Source of the DNA: Somniosus microcephalus
Lineage: Eukaryota
Reading direction: 5' to 3'
Length of the DNA stretch: 64,000 bases
Assembly: GCA_052327205.1 (NCBI GenBank)
Contig: CM126202.1
Span: 407,526,001 to 407,590,000 of the forward strand
The notes under the pieces are model-generated. The model was not told where the DNA came from. It saw only the letters and a program-made list of their open reading frames with translations, and ran no database searches. This document shows, piece by piece, positions 37,565 to 51,341 of this stretch. The first letter of the stretch is position 1. Each line of letters starts with the position of its first letter. The position numbers were made by a program, and so were the translations under genes.

Positions 37565-37915
37565 AACTCGCTCAATGGCTCAATTGGTAAACGTACCCCA
37601 CCCCAGAAAGCCCAGTGTTGAAACCCGTTCTCAACTGTTAGCTGATATCAGCTAGGACAGTAGATGGGGGCATTACAATTGCCTTCAGTTTCTCCAAGCT
37701 GTGAAAGGGGAAATTTAGTCAGCATTTCTGCTCCTGTTCACTTCCGAAAGATCCCTGCTGGAAATGTGCGTATGTGGTGATGTCAGGTGAGAACCGGATC
37801 AGGCTTGGCTCTGAATAGCCTCTTGACATTCATTGTCTAGGCTCACACAAAACTTGGGTGAGGTATCAAAGGAGCAGCTAATGCTCAGCAATAGGTCATA
37901 TCTTCAGGGAAGGAG
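37565..37915 (+). mobile_element. Ancient tRNA-derived SINE (possibly AmnSINE2-like), best copy
   Basis: Degenerate A box tggctcaattgg; body gttagctgatatcagct...ccctgctggaaa...gtcaggtgag; further copies near 16235, 31300, 45020, 47900, 48420, 55940. Confidence 0.55.
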
Positions 37916-37921
37916 GAAACC

Positions 37922-39324
37922 TAGAAACATAGAAACATAGAAGATAGGAGCAGGAGTAGGCCATTCGGCCCCTCGAACCTGTTCCGCCATTTATTGAGAT
38001 CATGGCTGATCATCCAAATTCAGTACCCTGTCCCTGCTTTCTCCCCATATCCCTTGATCCCTTTAGCCTTAAGAAATATATCCAACTCCTTCTTGAATAT
38101 ATTTAATGAATTGGCCTCAACTGCCTTCTGTGGTAGAGAATTCCACAAGTTCACCACTCTCTGGGTGAAGAAATTCCTCCTCATCTCAGTCCTAAATGGC
38201 TTATCCCTTAGCCTTAGACTGTGACCCCTGGTTCTGGACTCCCCGGCCATCGGGAACATCCTTCCTGCATCTAGTCTGTCTAGTCCTGTTAGAATTTTAT
38301 AAATTTCAATGAGATCCCCTCTCATTCTTCGAAACTCTAGCAAATATAAGCCCAATCGACCCAATCTCTCTTCATACGTCATTCCTGCCATCCCAGATAT
38401 CAGCCTGGTGAATCTTCGCTGCACTCCCTCCATGGCAAGAACATCCTTCCTCAGATAAGGCAACCAAAACTGCTTACAATACTCAAGGTGTAGTCTCACC
38501 AAGGCCCTGTACAACTGCAGCAAGACAGCCTTGCTCCTGTACTCGAATCCTCTTGCTATGAAGGCCAACATACCATTTGCCTTCTTAACTGCCTGCTGCA
38601 CCTGCATGCTTACCTTCAGCGACTGGTGCACAAGGACACCCAGGTCTCATTGCACTTCCCCTTTTCCCAATCTATTGCCATTCAGATAATAATCTGCCTT
38701 CCTGTTTTTGCCACCAAAGTGGATAACCTCGCATTTACCCACATTATACTGCATCTGCCATGCATCTGCCCAATCACCCAACCTGTCCAAATCATACTGG
38801 AGTTTCTCGGCATCCTCCTCACAGCACACATGCCCACCCAGCTTTGTGTCGTCTGCAAAATTGGAGATATTACATCTAGTTCCCTTGTCCAGATCATTTA
38901 TATATATTGTGAATAGCTGGGGTCCTAGCACCGATCCCTGCGGTACCCCACTAGTCACTGCCTGCCACTCGGAAAAAGACCCGTTTATTCCAACTCTTTG
39001 CTTCCTGTCTGCCAACCAGTTCTCTATCCACGTCAGCACCTTGCCCCCAATCCCATGTGCCTTAACTTTGCACGCTAATCTCTTATGCGGGACCTTATCG
39101 AAAGCCTTCTGAAAGTCCAAATACACCACATCCACTGGTTCTCCCGTATCTATTCTACCAGTTACATCCTCAAAAAATTCCAGTAGATTAGTCAAGCACG
39201 ATTTACCTTTTGTAAATCCATGTTGACTTTGTCTGATCCGGTCACTGTTTTCTAAGTGCTCTGCCATTACATCTTTTATAATGGACTCTAGCATTTTCCC
39301 CACTACCGATGTCAGGCTTACTGG
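37922..39324 (-). mobile_element. 5'-truncated CR1 (RT to tail)
   Basis: ORFs 38647-39303 (FADD) and 38020-38631; (tagaaaca)n tail. Confidence 0.95.
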
Positions 39325-40519
39325 ACTAAGAAAACTGAAGCAAAAAATTGGTGTGCCTCAACTCCAAAAAGTGTACTTCTACTATCCTTGGCCCTGGCGA
39401 GCAAGTGAGAAATGAAGAAAAGTAAGGAAAATGGGCTAAGAGCTCAGAGAGGCCAGAAAAGGGGTATTTTCAATAAATTATGACAATCTGCATTTTACAT
39501 GGACATCATTGTTTCAAACATAATATCCACTGCCCATGTTTGTGGGTAAAAGTTAGTGCAGATTTAGAGTCCTGTGCTTGGCCCAGGTCAGCCAAAGAGC
39601 CAGCACAACTCCGTTTTTCTATGGATGCACTAATGGGTTATACAGTTTCACAGCTTCAAGAATTGCCAACCACTCAGCCAAGACCTTGTGCTGTAGAGCT
39701 GACATTGGGTTGAATTTTAACTCTTACTACATCACCAGCCAAGTGTTCTTGATTGTCTTGTCCAGCTAAATCATTGGTGGAGAGGGAGAGAGGCAAACGG
39801 GGGATGCAAGACAGAGAAATCCTATTTGGCGCCAGGGAAATCAGTCAGCACTATAAAAGTCAATACAATGCCTAATAAAAGCAGACTCCAACCTGTCACT
39901 CGGGTATCATCCAGAGGGAGGATGTAGGTGGACTGGATAATCATTGTTCATTTCTTTGGCAAGTGAAAAGATTTTCACAAAGTAAAAAAACCAACCACAG
40001 CAAGTTGCTGAAATCTCAGGTGTAGGTCACAAGACAATGGTTCATTATTTTGCTGTGATATGGAGTTGCATTTTGCTTCAGTTTAGTATTATAGGATTAT
40101 GATGACTCTGTCAGCTGAGTTTCTGTTATTGATGGGATTCCCAGCTGAAGTAACATTTGTTTTGTGAAATAATATGGTCAGTCTGCTAAGAATAACTCAG
40201 CAAAGCAAGGAGAGATTGTTGCAGCTTTTAGGCGAAGATATGTAGTGGGCTCACAGTCATGTGGATATTTTATCCCGTGTTTATGAGTCTGTATTTAATT
40301 TGTGTAAATTAACATGTAATGGGCTATGCCTTTTGCTGGTTTGTATCTAGTGGGAGTGCCCGTTATATCAATCACCTTTAGATTCTTGCCATAGCATTCT
40401 CATACTGTGCTAGATTCCTGTTCTTTCCCACACTCTGTCTGTCACTTCCTGTCCTGTCCTGCCACTTCTCGACATATCTTTTCCATCTCATCCCATCAGT
40501 CATACCGCAGTGAGAAATA

Positions 40520-41336
40520 GGGGTCGATTTTCCTGGAGCCATCAGGCGGGGTTTCAGGCGTGTGGGGGGGGAAAATCCCGAATTCGGGAGTCCCGACACC
40601 ATCCCGCCCAAAACCCCGCTCCACGCAAGTTTCAGAGGCGGCGGGTACCCGCCCTGCACTGGGACCCGCCGACCCCAGGCGGGAAGGGATTAGTGCCAAT
40701 TAACTGCCTGTTAACAGGTAGTTAACAGGCAGTTTTTAGCCTAATCCCTATTTTGAGGGGTGTCGTGTGGGATTCCCGACGGCTCCAAACCATGCCAGGT
40801 TAGAGCAGGCGGGCCGTCGGGTTGAAGGAGTTGGAGGGGTCGCGATGTCGGTGTTCAGGTGAGTGATGGGTGCATGAGTGCAAAGGTAAGTGTGTTTGGT
40901 GTGTCCAAAGTGTGTAAAGAACTTTTAACTTACCTGTACTTACCTTAACAGCCTTTCTTCCTGTAGGCGTCGAGAGCGCATCACTCAGCCGGCACTTAAA
41001 GCTGAATGGCTGCGATCTGTGAAAAGTGACAGCCTTCAGCTTTGAGTGCTGCTGAGAGTTCTAACTGAGTCTGTGCAGAAGGACTCAGGTTAGAACTCAG
41101 ACTGTCAGTGTTTGGCAGCTTCAAACAGCTGTGAAACACTGATATTTCATCTGTCAAGAACTCTTGACAGATGAAATTGCAGTCTGTGACGTCACCTGTT
41201 GCTGGGTGGCCCTTAATTGGCCTGCTGAGCCCGCTGGGAAAATCGCACGGATTGGCTGGACGTCGATGTAGGCGGGTCTAAAACCCAAAAGTTGTAGTCT
41301 CGCCTTCTTCCCGACAGCTTCGGGAAAATCAACCCC
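40520..41336 (+). mobile_element. Harbinger-type MITE, TSD ATA
   Basis: TIR ggggtcgattttcc / ggaaaatcaacccc; ATA on both flanks. Confidence 0.85.
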
Positions 41337-41475
41337 ATAGACTTTGATTTAATCTCTTGCTGTTCCTTTTTTTTTCATTCCTTTAACTAGTTGAACAACC
41401 TCAGTGGAACGATCTCGGAAGGAGTATGGGAATTCAGGCCAATTCTTCTGGCAAACACAAAGACGCAGACACAAG

Positions 41476-42299
41476 GGGCTGGATTTTCATTGAGGAGGTG
41501 TGTAGGAGGCGGAACTACAACGTTCGGGGTTGTAGTCCCGCCTCCATCGAGTTGTGGCCAACCCACGCGATTTTCACTTGATTGACCTTGTTGAGCCCAC
41601 CCAGTGGGCTCAGCAGGCCAATTAAGGGCCACCCGGCAACAGGCGATGTCACAGATTGACATTTCATCTGTCAAAAGCTTTTGACAGATGAAATATCAGC
41701 GTTTGACAGCTGTCAATCTGTACTCCAAGTTAATTCCTTCCTCTCAGGCTGATTTAGAGATCTCTCCAGAACAGAAGGCTGAATGCTGCAACTTTTGACA
41801 GCTCACGGCCATTCTGCTTTCTATGCCGGTGAGATGAGGGACTCCCGAGACCTGAAGGAAGGAAGGCTGTAAAGGTAAGTAAATGTAAGTAAAACTTCTT
41901 TAAACACTTTACAAACACCAAACACACTTACCTCTGCACTCATGCACCCATCACTCACCTGAACACCAGACATCTCGAACCCTCCAAGACCTTCAGCCCG
42001 ACGGCCCGCCTCGCTAACTTGGCGTGGTTTGGAACCGTCGGGAATCCCACACTTCAGCAATAAAAATAGGGATTAGGCTAAAAACTGCCTGTTAACTACC
42101 TGTTAATAGGCAGTTAATTGGCACTAATCCCCTTCCCACCTCGGGGAGGTGGGTCCCAGCACAGGTTGGGTATCCGCCTCCTTTGAAACTGGCATGGAGG
42201 CAGGTTGGGGGCAGGATGGGTTTTTGGCCCCCGATTTTGAGATTTTAACCCCCCACATGCCTCCAATCCCGCCTCCACGGCCCAATGAAAATCCTGCCC
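41476..42299 (-). mobile_element. Related MITE in inverted orientation, TSD AAG
   Basis: TIR gggctggattttca / tgaaaatcctgccc; the body is the reverse complement of the 40520 element. Confidence 0.85.
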
Positions 42300-42317
42300 A
42301 AGATCTGTAACACTCAG

Positions 42318-42946
42318 CACTGGATTTTCTTCCAGGGTGGGTTCCACTCACTATGGCAACCCCACTATGACCCTAACCCACCTTCCTGGGCTGCAGCTTA
42401 TTACCCATAGAGGGAGAGCTTCCACATCACCGAGGGAGCAAAACGCTGCAGTGGGACACTTGCTGCAGTGCCAGAAAGAGCAGGATGCACAGTTAAAGAG
42501 GGCAGAAGCACCCCAAAAATTGTTTCAGGAACTTAAAAGAAAAGGTTCTTACTGAGCTGCGAGCTATTTGAGACCAAATATAGGGTGGCAGCGAAGGAGA
42601 GGTGCCCACTAATCAACCCTTTCCCTCCAACGGGCCAGTAAGAGGCTTACTGCTGCTGCCCCACCAATGTACTGCCATCTCCGGTAGGTGATGTTGCCTG
42701 TACTTCAGGCAGGAGGTGGGGGGGGGGAAATCAGCCAGTTTTCCTGTAGCCACCATCTCCCCAGCTGTCATTTAAATGTGGCAGGGTGGTCATTGGCCAG
42801 GCAGCTGAGTTCCATGCTCGGGGCAGGGGGAGGAAACTTTCCGGTTGTGCTTGCTGGGGTGGGAGTTGAGTAGCCGGCTTCTCCACCCCATTTTCCTTCA
42901 CTATAACTCCCAATTTTGGGCAGTATAGCAGAGGAAAATCCAACCC
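42318..42946. mobile_element. Older MITE of similar TIR type
   Basis: ctggattttc ... gaaaatccaaccc. Confidence 0.5.
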
Positions 42947-45900
42947 TAACTGTCCTTATACAATGCAGATGGTTACCATGTACAGGTTAAACTCACTATA
43001 GAAGGAAGTGGACTTTGTAAAGTTACATAGAATATTACAGCACGGAAACAGGCCATTTGGCCCAGCAGGTCTATGCCGATGTTTATGCTCCACACAAGCC
43101 AGGTTGGCTTGATGTTCTGTACAGCTACTTTATTTTCATATTTAAAGAATCTGTAATCCTCTCAGGCTAAATTATTTTTGATAAGTAGAAATACAATATC
43201 CTCCAAAATATTGAGAAATACATGAAAAGAGTGTCAAAATTTATTATTTCCTGGGAGGATGGGATTTGCCTGCAGATCCCCCTGGAAAATGTAAAAAATA
43301 TTTTGTATCCTCGTATCTGCCACCGTTGCAAAACATTCTATCATGTGCTTCAGTTTATTTTCCTCCTATCTAAGCATTTGAATATTTGGCAAACCTGTAG
43401 TTTAAGTTATAACAAGCCTGTTTTATGACAAGCCTGCCTCACAACAAGCCTGTGTTCACTGCACTTGCAGTGTAACTATTTGTTTTCACATGTTATAGGC
43501 TGATATTCAAGACTGCTTCTGAGAATTAGCCTTGGCCCTTCAGACAGGTGCTAAAATGACACTGTGGGATGCTAGTATAAAGTAATTTCTTCTGAAATAG
43601 TCAAGAAATAAAAGTGTTAAACATTTTAATGTTTTGGCAAGCAAAGAGATTGTGGCTTTAAATGCTGCCTTCCTGGCAGCATAATAGCTTGTTTGTTTTC
43701 ACTGTAACACTTACACTGTAAACCACTGTGACAATACAGTCCCTACCACTTATAATGGGTGCATTGGTGATTTGCCGGATACACACGGTGAACAGTTAAA
43801 TCAAAAAAGGTTAGTAACCAACATATTTTTAACAAACAGAAAATCTCACTTAGCAATTGCCTTTCCTACTTGTTAGCAATTGTACTCAGAATCTCGTCAC
43901 TAAGGTAATCGCACTTTAATCAGATGTAAAAAGCTAATTGAATCCTCTTTGAGACCCGACTGTGCTTGAGATCAGCAGAGCCTTTTAAATCAGTTAAGTA
44001 AGTAATAAGTACTTATTGAATTGCCGAAAATAGCCACCATGTTTATTACATTATAAGCGGCACCTTTGTATTTGACTCCTATGGTATTGGCAAATGGTCA
44101 GTGCCATTTGCCAGATATAGGCAGCTTCCAGTGATAAGCATGAACGCTTTAAGTGATGGGGACTGTAATTAGAAATCACAGTTCTGTTTGCCCCATCACA
44201 CACAAGGAGGGATTCAAGTACTAGATCCCATTGGATTAAAGATCATTCTCTAGCTATGGGTTAGACAGAATATTGGTGAACATTAGAAACCTCTTTTTTG
44301 AATACACTGCTTGGAGTCCATCTTGGATGGCCACAATTAAAATGATGTCTATGTATTTTAAATATAGTAAAAATCTAACATTTGTGCACCCTGGTCTAAT
44401 TATCCTCTGGCCTCTAAGCCCACTTCACCTGAAGACCATACTTAGTCTTGACTCCCCATGTGCAACACCATGGGAGATCAACTAGTAATATATTAAGAAT
44501 CTTTCATTTGCATGCACTTCCTGGCAACTTTTCCCACTATAAATTTCTATATCCACGTTAATAATGGTATCTTCCTATGTAAACTTGTCACACTGTAATC
44601 ACACCCTCCCACCTGTGGTGGTGCTGTAGTGCCTCCATTTTGCACCTCTCAGCTGCTCAGCCTGTACTGCTCAGAAACTCCTATACTCCAACCAACTCCG
44701 CTTTGCAAATTGCCATAATATTTGCTTTATTTATTAATAATAACATGAAATCAAAGCATTATAAAAAAAGTAAGGAATGTATGACTTTAAAAGGAAATTG
44801 AATTACGTCTACGCACCCTGGTCCCATTATTCCCCGGCCCCTAATCTCACTTCACCTGAAGACTATGCTTGGACTTGACTCCCCTTGTGAAGCATCGTGG
44901 GAGATTGAGTGGTAATATAGTCCTAACTGCCTCTCTCTCTCTCACTCACTTTCCCTCCTTCCCTTGTTGTGTAAGTACCTCGTCTCTTTCTCCTTCCTCC
45001 TTTTTCAGTCAATTTTCTCCCCACCTCCTCTTCTGAACACATGGACTCATGCTGAGGTAGGGTCTCACAGGGATCAGTAACCTTCCAATAACCCACTCAA
45101 GTGGCCATTGTTCATGTGTGAGCCTGGACAGCAAAAATTCATAGGATATGCTTCCATTTGGGGCTTCACAGCTGAGCCTGATCTTGTCCCCACCTGACAT
45201 CCACATTTGCACTTTCCAGCAGGGTAAAGTTACTGGAGAGTAATCAGGAGCAGGAACCCTGGTTAATTTTCCCCTCCCTAGTATGGCACAGGTCTGAGTG
45301 CAAGGGTGCTTGTTAATCCTCCAATATTTCAGTCAACCATTTGACCAAGAAGCAGCCCCACCCCCACAGTCACCATTGCTCATATCTGAACAAAACTGAA
45401 CCAATATTAGGCAGAAGCCGTCTACAAGCATTTACCATGCTCCCCTGACAAGCACCACACAAGATTCACCAACTACAGTTGCCTCTAACTGGACCTGCTC
45501 TGAGGAGATTCCCAGCATATGGGTCCAATTGGTCCATTTTTCACATATCTAATTCTGTATACAGAGATTCTGGATGGATTCCTCGCTAACTCTTGCTGGG
45601 TTCCACAGACGCCAACACCTCCATATGTTGGCGTCTGTGGAACCCAGCAAGATTTAGTGCCTTCAGAAGAGATGGAGGTGGGGTGGCAGGGGTGGAGGGA
45701 GGAATGATTGGTGTAGTGTGGATATCCTGGTTCACATATCTTTATCTTGCTTTGTAAATTTCACGGAATTTAATATTCATGTGCTAGTAACATCTAGTGG
45801 CTGCCTAATTTGGATGTGTTTGTGTCCCTTTTATGGTGCAGAGTTCGAATGCCAACCCCCATTAAAAGGTACATCACATGGATTCATAGAACACTGCTGA

Positions 45901-46294
45901 CACTATAAACAGCTCACCAGTACCACAAACATCTCACTAACACCATGTAGAGATTTCACCAACATGTACGGATCTCACTGGCATGGCCACAGTTCAACAA
46001 TAACACACCTGGCTGCTACCATGCACTTCAATGGAACACACCATGTAATAGCTGTGAAAGATGCTTACCAGATCTGGTTCTGTTTGCCGTCCATGGCAGC
46101 ATCTGAAAACAAACCATCAAAACGATAAATTAATTAATATAAGTCAAATGGGTAAAATATTGAGGAAATATCAATTTAAAAATGAATATGTTTCAGTTAT
46201 TCAATCTATTTATGTCTTGGGGGGGAAATCCTACATTATTCACTGCAACTCTCATATATATCCTACATCAGCCACTGTAACTTTGAAAAGGACC

Positions 46295-46960
46295 TGAGGA
46301 AAGGGGATTATTTGCAATGTCAGTTACCATGGGGGCCAGGAAGGGAAGTTGGGTATTCAGGAGTTTAGTTGGAATGGGGTCAAGGGAGCTGGAGATAGGT
46401 CTCATGGACAAGATGGAGGAAACAGGAGAGAAACTAAAGAAAGACATGGGATCAGGACCAGGGCAGGGGGAGTTCTGTTGAGAGTTTTAGTTTGATGGGC
46501 AAGGGAAAGGGGGAAAAGCAGCTGAGACAGTTGAATGGATGGTCTCAAATCATAGTGACAAAAAAGTCCACAAACTCCTCACATGTCTTGTTGGAGGTGA
46601 AGATGGAGGGGACAGGGGAAAGGAGATGGTTGATAGTGGAGAAAAGAAGCCAGACAGTTATCTTCACTGTCCAGGATAATCCTGGACTAGTGGGCGGTTT
46701 TGGCAGTGAGGCCTGATTATGCTTGATGTGGTCCAGCCACATCTGGTGATGGATAGCTGAACCAGTTGTGCACTAGATATGCTTAAGTCTGCACTCCTTG
46801 GACTTGAAGGAGCAAAGCTTGGGCCCATACCAGGGACATGATCAGGATGGGTGAGAATAAAGGTTTTACTGGGCACAAGGGCATAAAAGGTAGAAGTGAG
46901 GGAATGGTTGAGCAGATCAACAGCTGCAGAAGTACTGTGGCAAATGGAAGGCCAAAAGCG
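46295..46960 (-). mobile_element. L2-like LINE fragment
   Basis: WLDHIKH..., NKTCEEFVDFFVT; homologous to 61050-61650. Confidence 0.7.
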
Positions 46961-47059
46961 AGGAAGGAAAGATATTGAGGCTACAGGAAGGGTATTGAGA
47001 CTTTAAAGGGGATGTAATGCAGATTCATTTTGATGCTCTCTGGTCTGAGGAAATAAAAT

Positions 47060-47442
47060 ATGAAAGACTTGAAACATTGAGTTGTTTTTCGTTAGAACAT
47101 TAGAGATTATGGGGAGGTGTAATAGAATTGCTCAATGGGGTAGATAGAAGCAGACTGTTTCCAGTAGTTGAGGGGTCTAGAATGAGGGGCCAGAAATACA
47201 TGATTAAATGTTGAGAGATTTAGAACGAGGCAAGGGAAACTGTGAGGCTGTGTAATTCACTTCCAGGGTTAGTGGTTGAGACGGAAAGTATATCAACATT
47301 GAAGAATAGGTTAGATAGGTAGATAAAGGAAAAGAGCTATGAGAACAGGGTGTGTAAATGTGATTAGGACTATTTGCTCATATGGAGGGTAAATGGACTG
47401 GTTGGCCTGTTTCCGTGTTGTAACTTCTTTGTACTTCTATGT
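47060..47442 (+). mobile_element. Old CR1 3' fragment
   Basis: tctagaatgaggggccag; tail ggcctgtttccgtgttgtaacttc. Confidence 0.6.
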
Positions 47443-47481
47443 TTTTCTCACTGTCATACTATTGTTATACGCCATACTTCC

Positions 47482-47723
47482 TGACATGAATCAGTCATTC
47501 ATGAAAGAAAGACTTATGAAATAATACTGAGTGGCCTGCAGGTGGTGCTGTCCAGGGAGAGTATAAATACTCGGGCACGGGCCCAGCTTGCGCAGGGCAT
47601 CCTTAACAGGAACTAGTGAAGGACACAACTAGACATCCATGTTGTAAAACAGTTGATTAAAGCTTTGTTTAACGCTTAGACCAAGTGCCTAGTAGTTTTC
47701 TTACGTCACTTCCTACTATAACA
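47482..47723 (+). mobile_element. Probable solo LTR (second copy)
   Basis: Colinear with 11825-12068; TG..CA ends, TATA, ATTAAA. Confidence 0.65.
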
Positions 47724-50700
47724 CTTTGTCAGATTGTACCTCCTCACTGTAGCACTCTCTATAAAACCTCACCACTCTCACTTTAACACTTTTGACATAC
47801 TGTAATATTCTGATATACCCACATTTCTCACTGCAACACTCTCTGATATAGCCACACCCCTCATTCTAACAGTCTGATATACCCGACATCCCTCCAATAC
47901 CCACTGTCTGGGCTCACACATGAAGAATGGCTGTTTGGGTGAGGTGCCAGAGTGTGCCTAGTCCCCAGTGCCAGTGGGACTTTATGCCAGCATAAATTAG
48001 TGCCTTCAGGAGAATCAGGGAATTTTAAAAAAAGCTTATTAAAAATAAGCAGTAAATCAAAAGCAAAACAGTGCCCCAGTTATTAAACAGGATGGAGTCA
48101 CCACATTCTAAGGCCAATTAGGGATAAGGACTAACCCCAAGCCACCTTTCTGCCGATCATGGTAACTGATCGTTAGGCCTCAGCTCTACCTTTTCTACTC
48201 AGCCTGCACCCACTCGTCACGGAGATACTTCAACTCTTTATACAGAGCACTACCTAACTGTACACAACCACCTGTGTACCTGTCTACACATACTTAGCAA
48301 TCCAATTGACCTTCTGTCTACTACGATTTACCCAGATAAGTAAACCTTATAGATGATGACAAATTTGGTTTTAAAATTTAAATAAAGTACTCAAGACATC
48401 TGTTGCAAACAGAATTATTTCATGTCTAATTTTCTCCGCTTTCCTGAAGACACTGACTCTCCTCTCCTGAAGATACCGATAAGGTCCCGTTCCACAGACA
48501 CCAACAAGCTTCTCAGCTCATTCCTCACGTTTGAATCTAGATAGTGAGTGTTGGTGGGGTATTTGACCATGAGGAGCATCATAGCTGAGCAAAATTCTGC
48601 CCTCACCTGATAACCACACATGTTTGCAGCAGAGATCACCGGATTACAATTGGTAATGGGAGCCTGGATTGATTCTTTCCCCCTCTCTTGCCCAGGGGAG
48701 TGGAGACTAATTGTAGTGTAGCAACTGCTGCACTGACTTTAATCAGCTAACTCAGCACAAACCAGGAACACAACTTTGTAATTTCCTTGTCTGTATAATT
48801 CAGTATTACATCTAGCTGTGCATTGCCATTGGGAGACTTAGGCTACATGTCAAAATTGCAATAATTACTGGGCCTTATGATAAGGGATGTTGCCGTTTAA
48901 CTGATGATGGAGTAAGGGGCTTTGACCAATTAACATACCTAGTGCTTTATCCAGCTCCCTCTGTATTCTTTACATCCCTGCACACTGGGATATTCAGGGT
49001 AACCTCAGCAACCGAATCACTTAAACTGTAACGTTCCAATGTGTGATTTTCTTTCCTCTCCCCTTCTTTTCAGATCAGACATACTGCTGAGTTTCTAACT
49101 GAAATCACAGACTGCCAGCTTTCAGTGCACAGCAAGAAAAGAAAAAAGCTGGATTTCCTCCAAAATGAACAGCACAGGACAGAGAGAGTACTGTGCACAG
49201 ACTCCATTACTACATTTTTTATAGGCTACGTGTTGGAGTAACAAAAAATAATAATAATAAACAGTTCAGTGTGAATTCCTGCTCAACGAACATTCCCATT
49301 GAACAGCAAGAACATTGTGAAGCAGGAGGCCAGCTCCATAGAGAAAATATTCAACATCAATGTTTGCATTCTCAAAAGAAATAAACCTGGAATGTATATG
49401 TTATATATATATTAGCGCTGTCAAATGTTCATATTGTATATAGCTCGGAAAAATTCAGGGGAATGATCTGAAACCTTTTTCCACATTCAGAGGTTTGTCG
49501 GTAATGTCTTCACCTACACTTCTGTGAGACGTTCTTTCCACTACCCACCTCTATACTGTCTATCAAACACTCCCAGGTCAGGTACAGCATGGGCTTGAGA
49601 AGTTAACTAGCAAAAGATTATTTCCACTGCTCATTAAATTAGTAACAATGAGTAAAGAGGGAGAGTTAGAGACAGATGAGAATTCAGGTGTAGCTCTCTT
49701 CAAGATTCTCATCAAGCACTCGCAAATCACAACACAGATTAGATGTAAAGTGCTATCTTCACTGTCCCCATCAAGCAATAAGTTATTTGAATTCTTATAG
49801 GAAATTACTAAGCATATAGACAAAGGGAATGCAATAGGCATGCTATTCCACACGTGATTTCCCGATATGTGAGCTCGAGGGACCAAATGGCCTATTCCTG
49901 TTACTGTGTTCCTATGTGGTCCCGGAATGTGAGGCTACATCCTGGGAGCATGCAAACAGGAAATTTACCCTTAGGAGTAAATAGATGTTTCTCAGCTCAG
50001 AGTTTCACGGAACTTTGAAGTATCACCTCTAAGAGACTTGTTATGAAAATTAAAGCCTATGGTAGCAAAAGCAAAGTGGCAGCATGAAAAGAGGGATAGC
50101 TGAAAGAGGGAAAGCATGGATAAATCATGCACATAATTTCCCAATATGCACTACGAGTGGGCAAGGTTCTGTGCCAAGAGTGCAAGTGAAAAAGTTCTCC
50201 TCAGGAGTAAATGGATGTTTCTCAGATTGCCAAGGTGTAGCCAGTGGGATACCCAGGGACCACTATTGGGACCATTCTTGATCTCCATATAAATAAATGA
50301 GGTGTCCTTCATGACCCTCCTTAAAACCCAACTCTTTGTTGTTTTTAACATTCCAAGGGGAATAGTAAAGTTTGTAATTTCTGTAAATGTATCGCTCGTA
50401 CTGATAAATGTTCTTTAACTGTTTAATAGACTTAGATGATGGCCAAAACCGTAGTTTGATGATACTTACTTTTCCACCTACTAAAATTAAGGACATCACA
50501 TGAGAGCACATCCTCTTTCCAATAAACATAGTATAGTGACAGGATTCTCCGTTCGACCCCAGACTGTGCCTATACCTACCCAATACCTAGCTACATTTAC
50601 CTAGGTATTGGGTAGGTATAGGCACAGTCTGGTTTGTAGAGGACATGAGGTCTGCTTACAGAAGTGGTCACTGACAATGACCCCAAGGAACATATCTACG

Positions 50701-50749
50701 GTGTAAATCCAAAAATGTTACAGCTTGGCACAGTTGGTAGCCATCCCCC

Positions 50750-51020
50750 CTCTAGATTCCATGGCTCAATTTGAAAAAGAGCAGAGCATTCTCCTGGTGT
50801 CCTGCACAGTATTCCCCCCTCAACCAGCACCACAAAAAAAAGGTTAACTGGTCATTTACCTCATTTCTTGTTTGTGGGACCTTGCTGTGCACAAATTGGC
50901 TGCCATGTTTGCCGACAAATCAACAATAACTGCACTTTTAAAAGTAATTCATTGGTTGTGAAGCACTTTGGGACATCTTGAGGACATGATAAGGTACTCT
51001 TATAAATGCCAACTCTATCT
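50750..51020 (+). mobile_element. DeuSINE/SacSINE1-like 3' half
   Basis: gtttgtgggaccttgctgtgcacaaattggctgcc (Deu-like) and tail ttcattggttgtgaagcactttggga. Confidence 0.7.
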
Positions 51021-51341
51021 TCTTTGTGTGGCTACTGCTACAAAAACACAACAATGGATATGTTAAAAAGGCTGATAGGAGGGATTGATCTGTGAATAAT
51101 AAATGGACTTATTGGGCCTAATGAAATTTTCCAGTTCCTACAAATTGTAATGCTGTTATGTCTTATATGGAATGATGTGGCCTTTAACCTATTATGTATG
51201 GAGTCCCGCACACCTTTGTTGGCATCCCATCCCCAAGTGCAAGTACCTCACTCTGCAACCTTTTTCAGTCCTATGCACTCTTTACTTTCCAACTCTGATG
51301 TCTTGTGTGTCAGCTCCTTCTATTCCAATATCAAACACCAC

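Noticed and set aside
44415-44470. cacctgaaga resembling a hammerhead core
   Set aside because: No stem II followed by GAAA.
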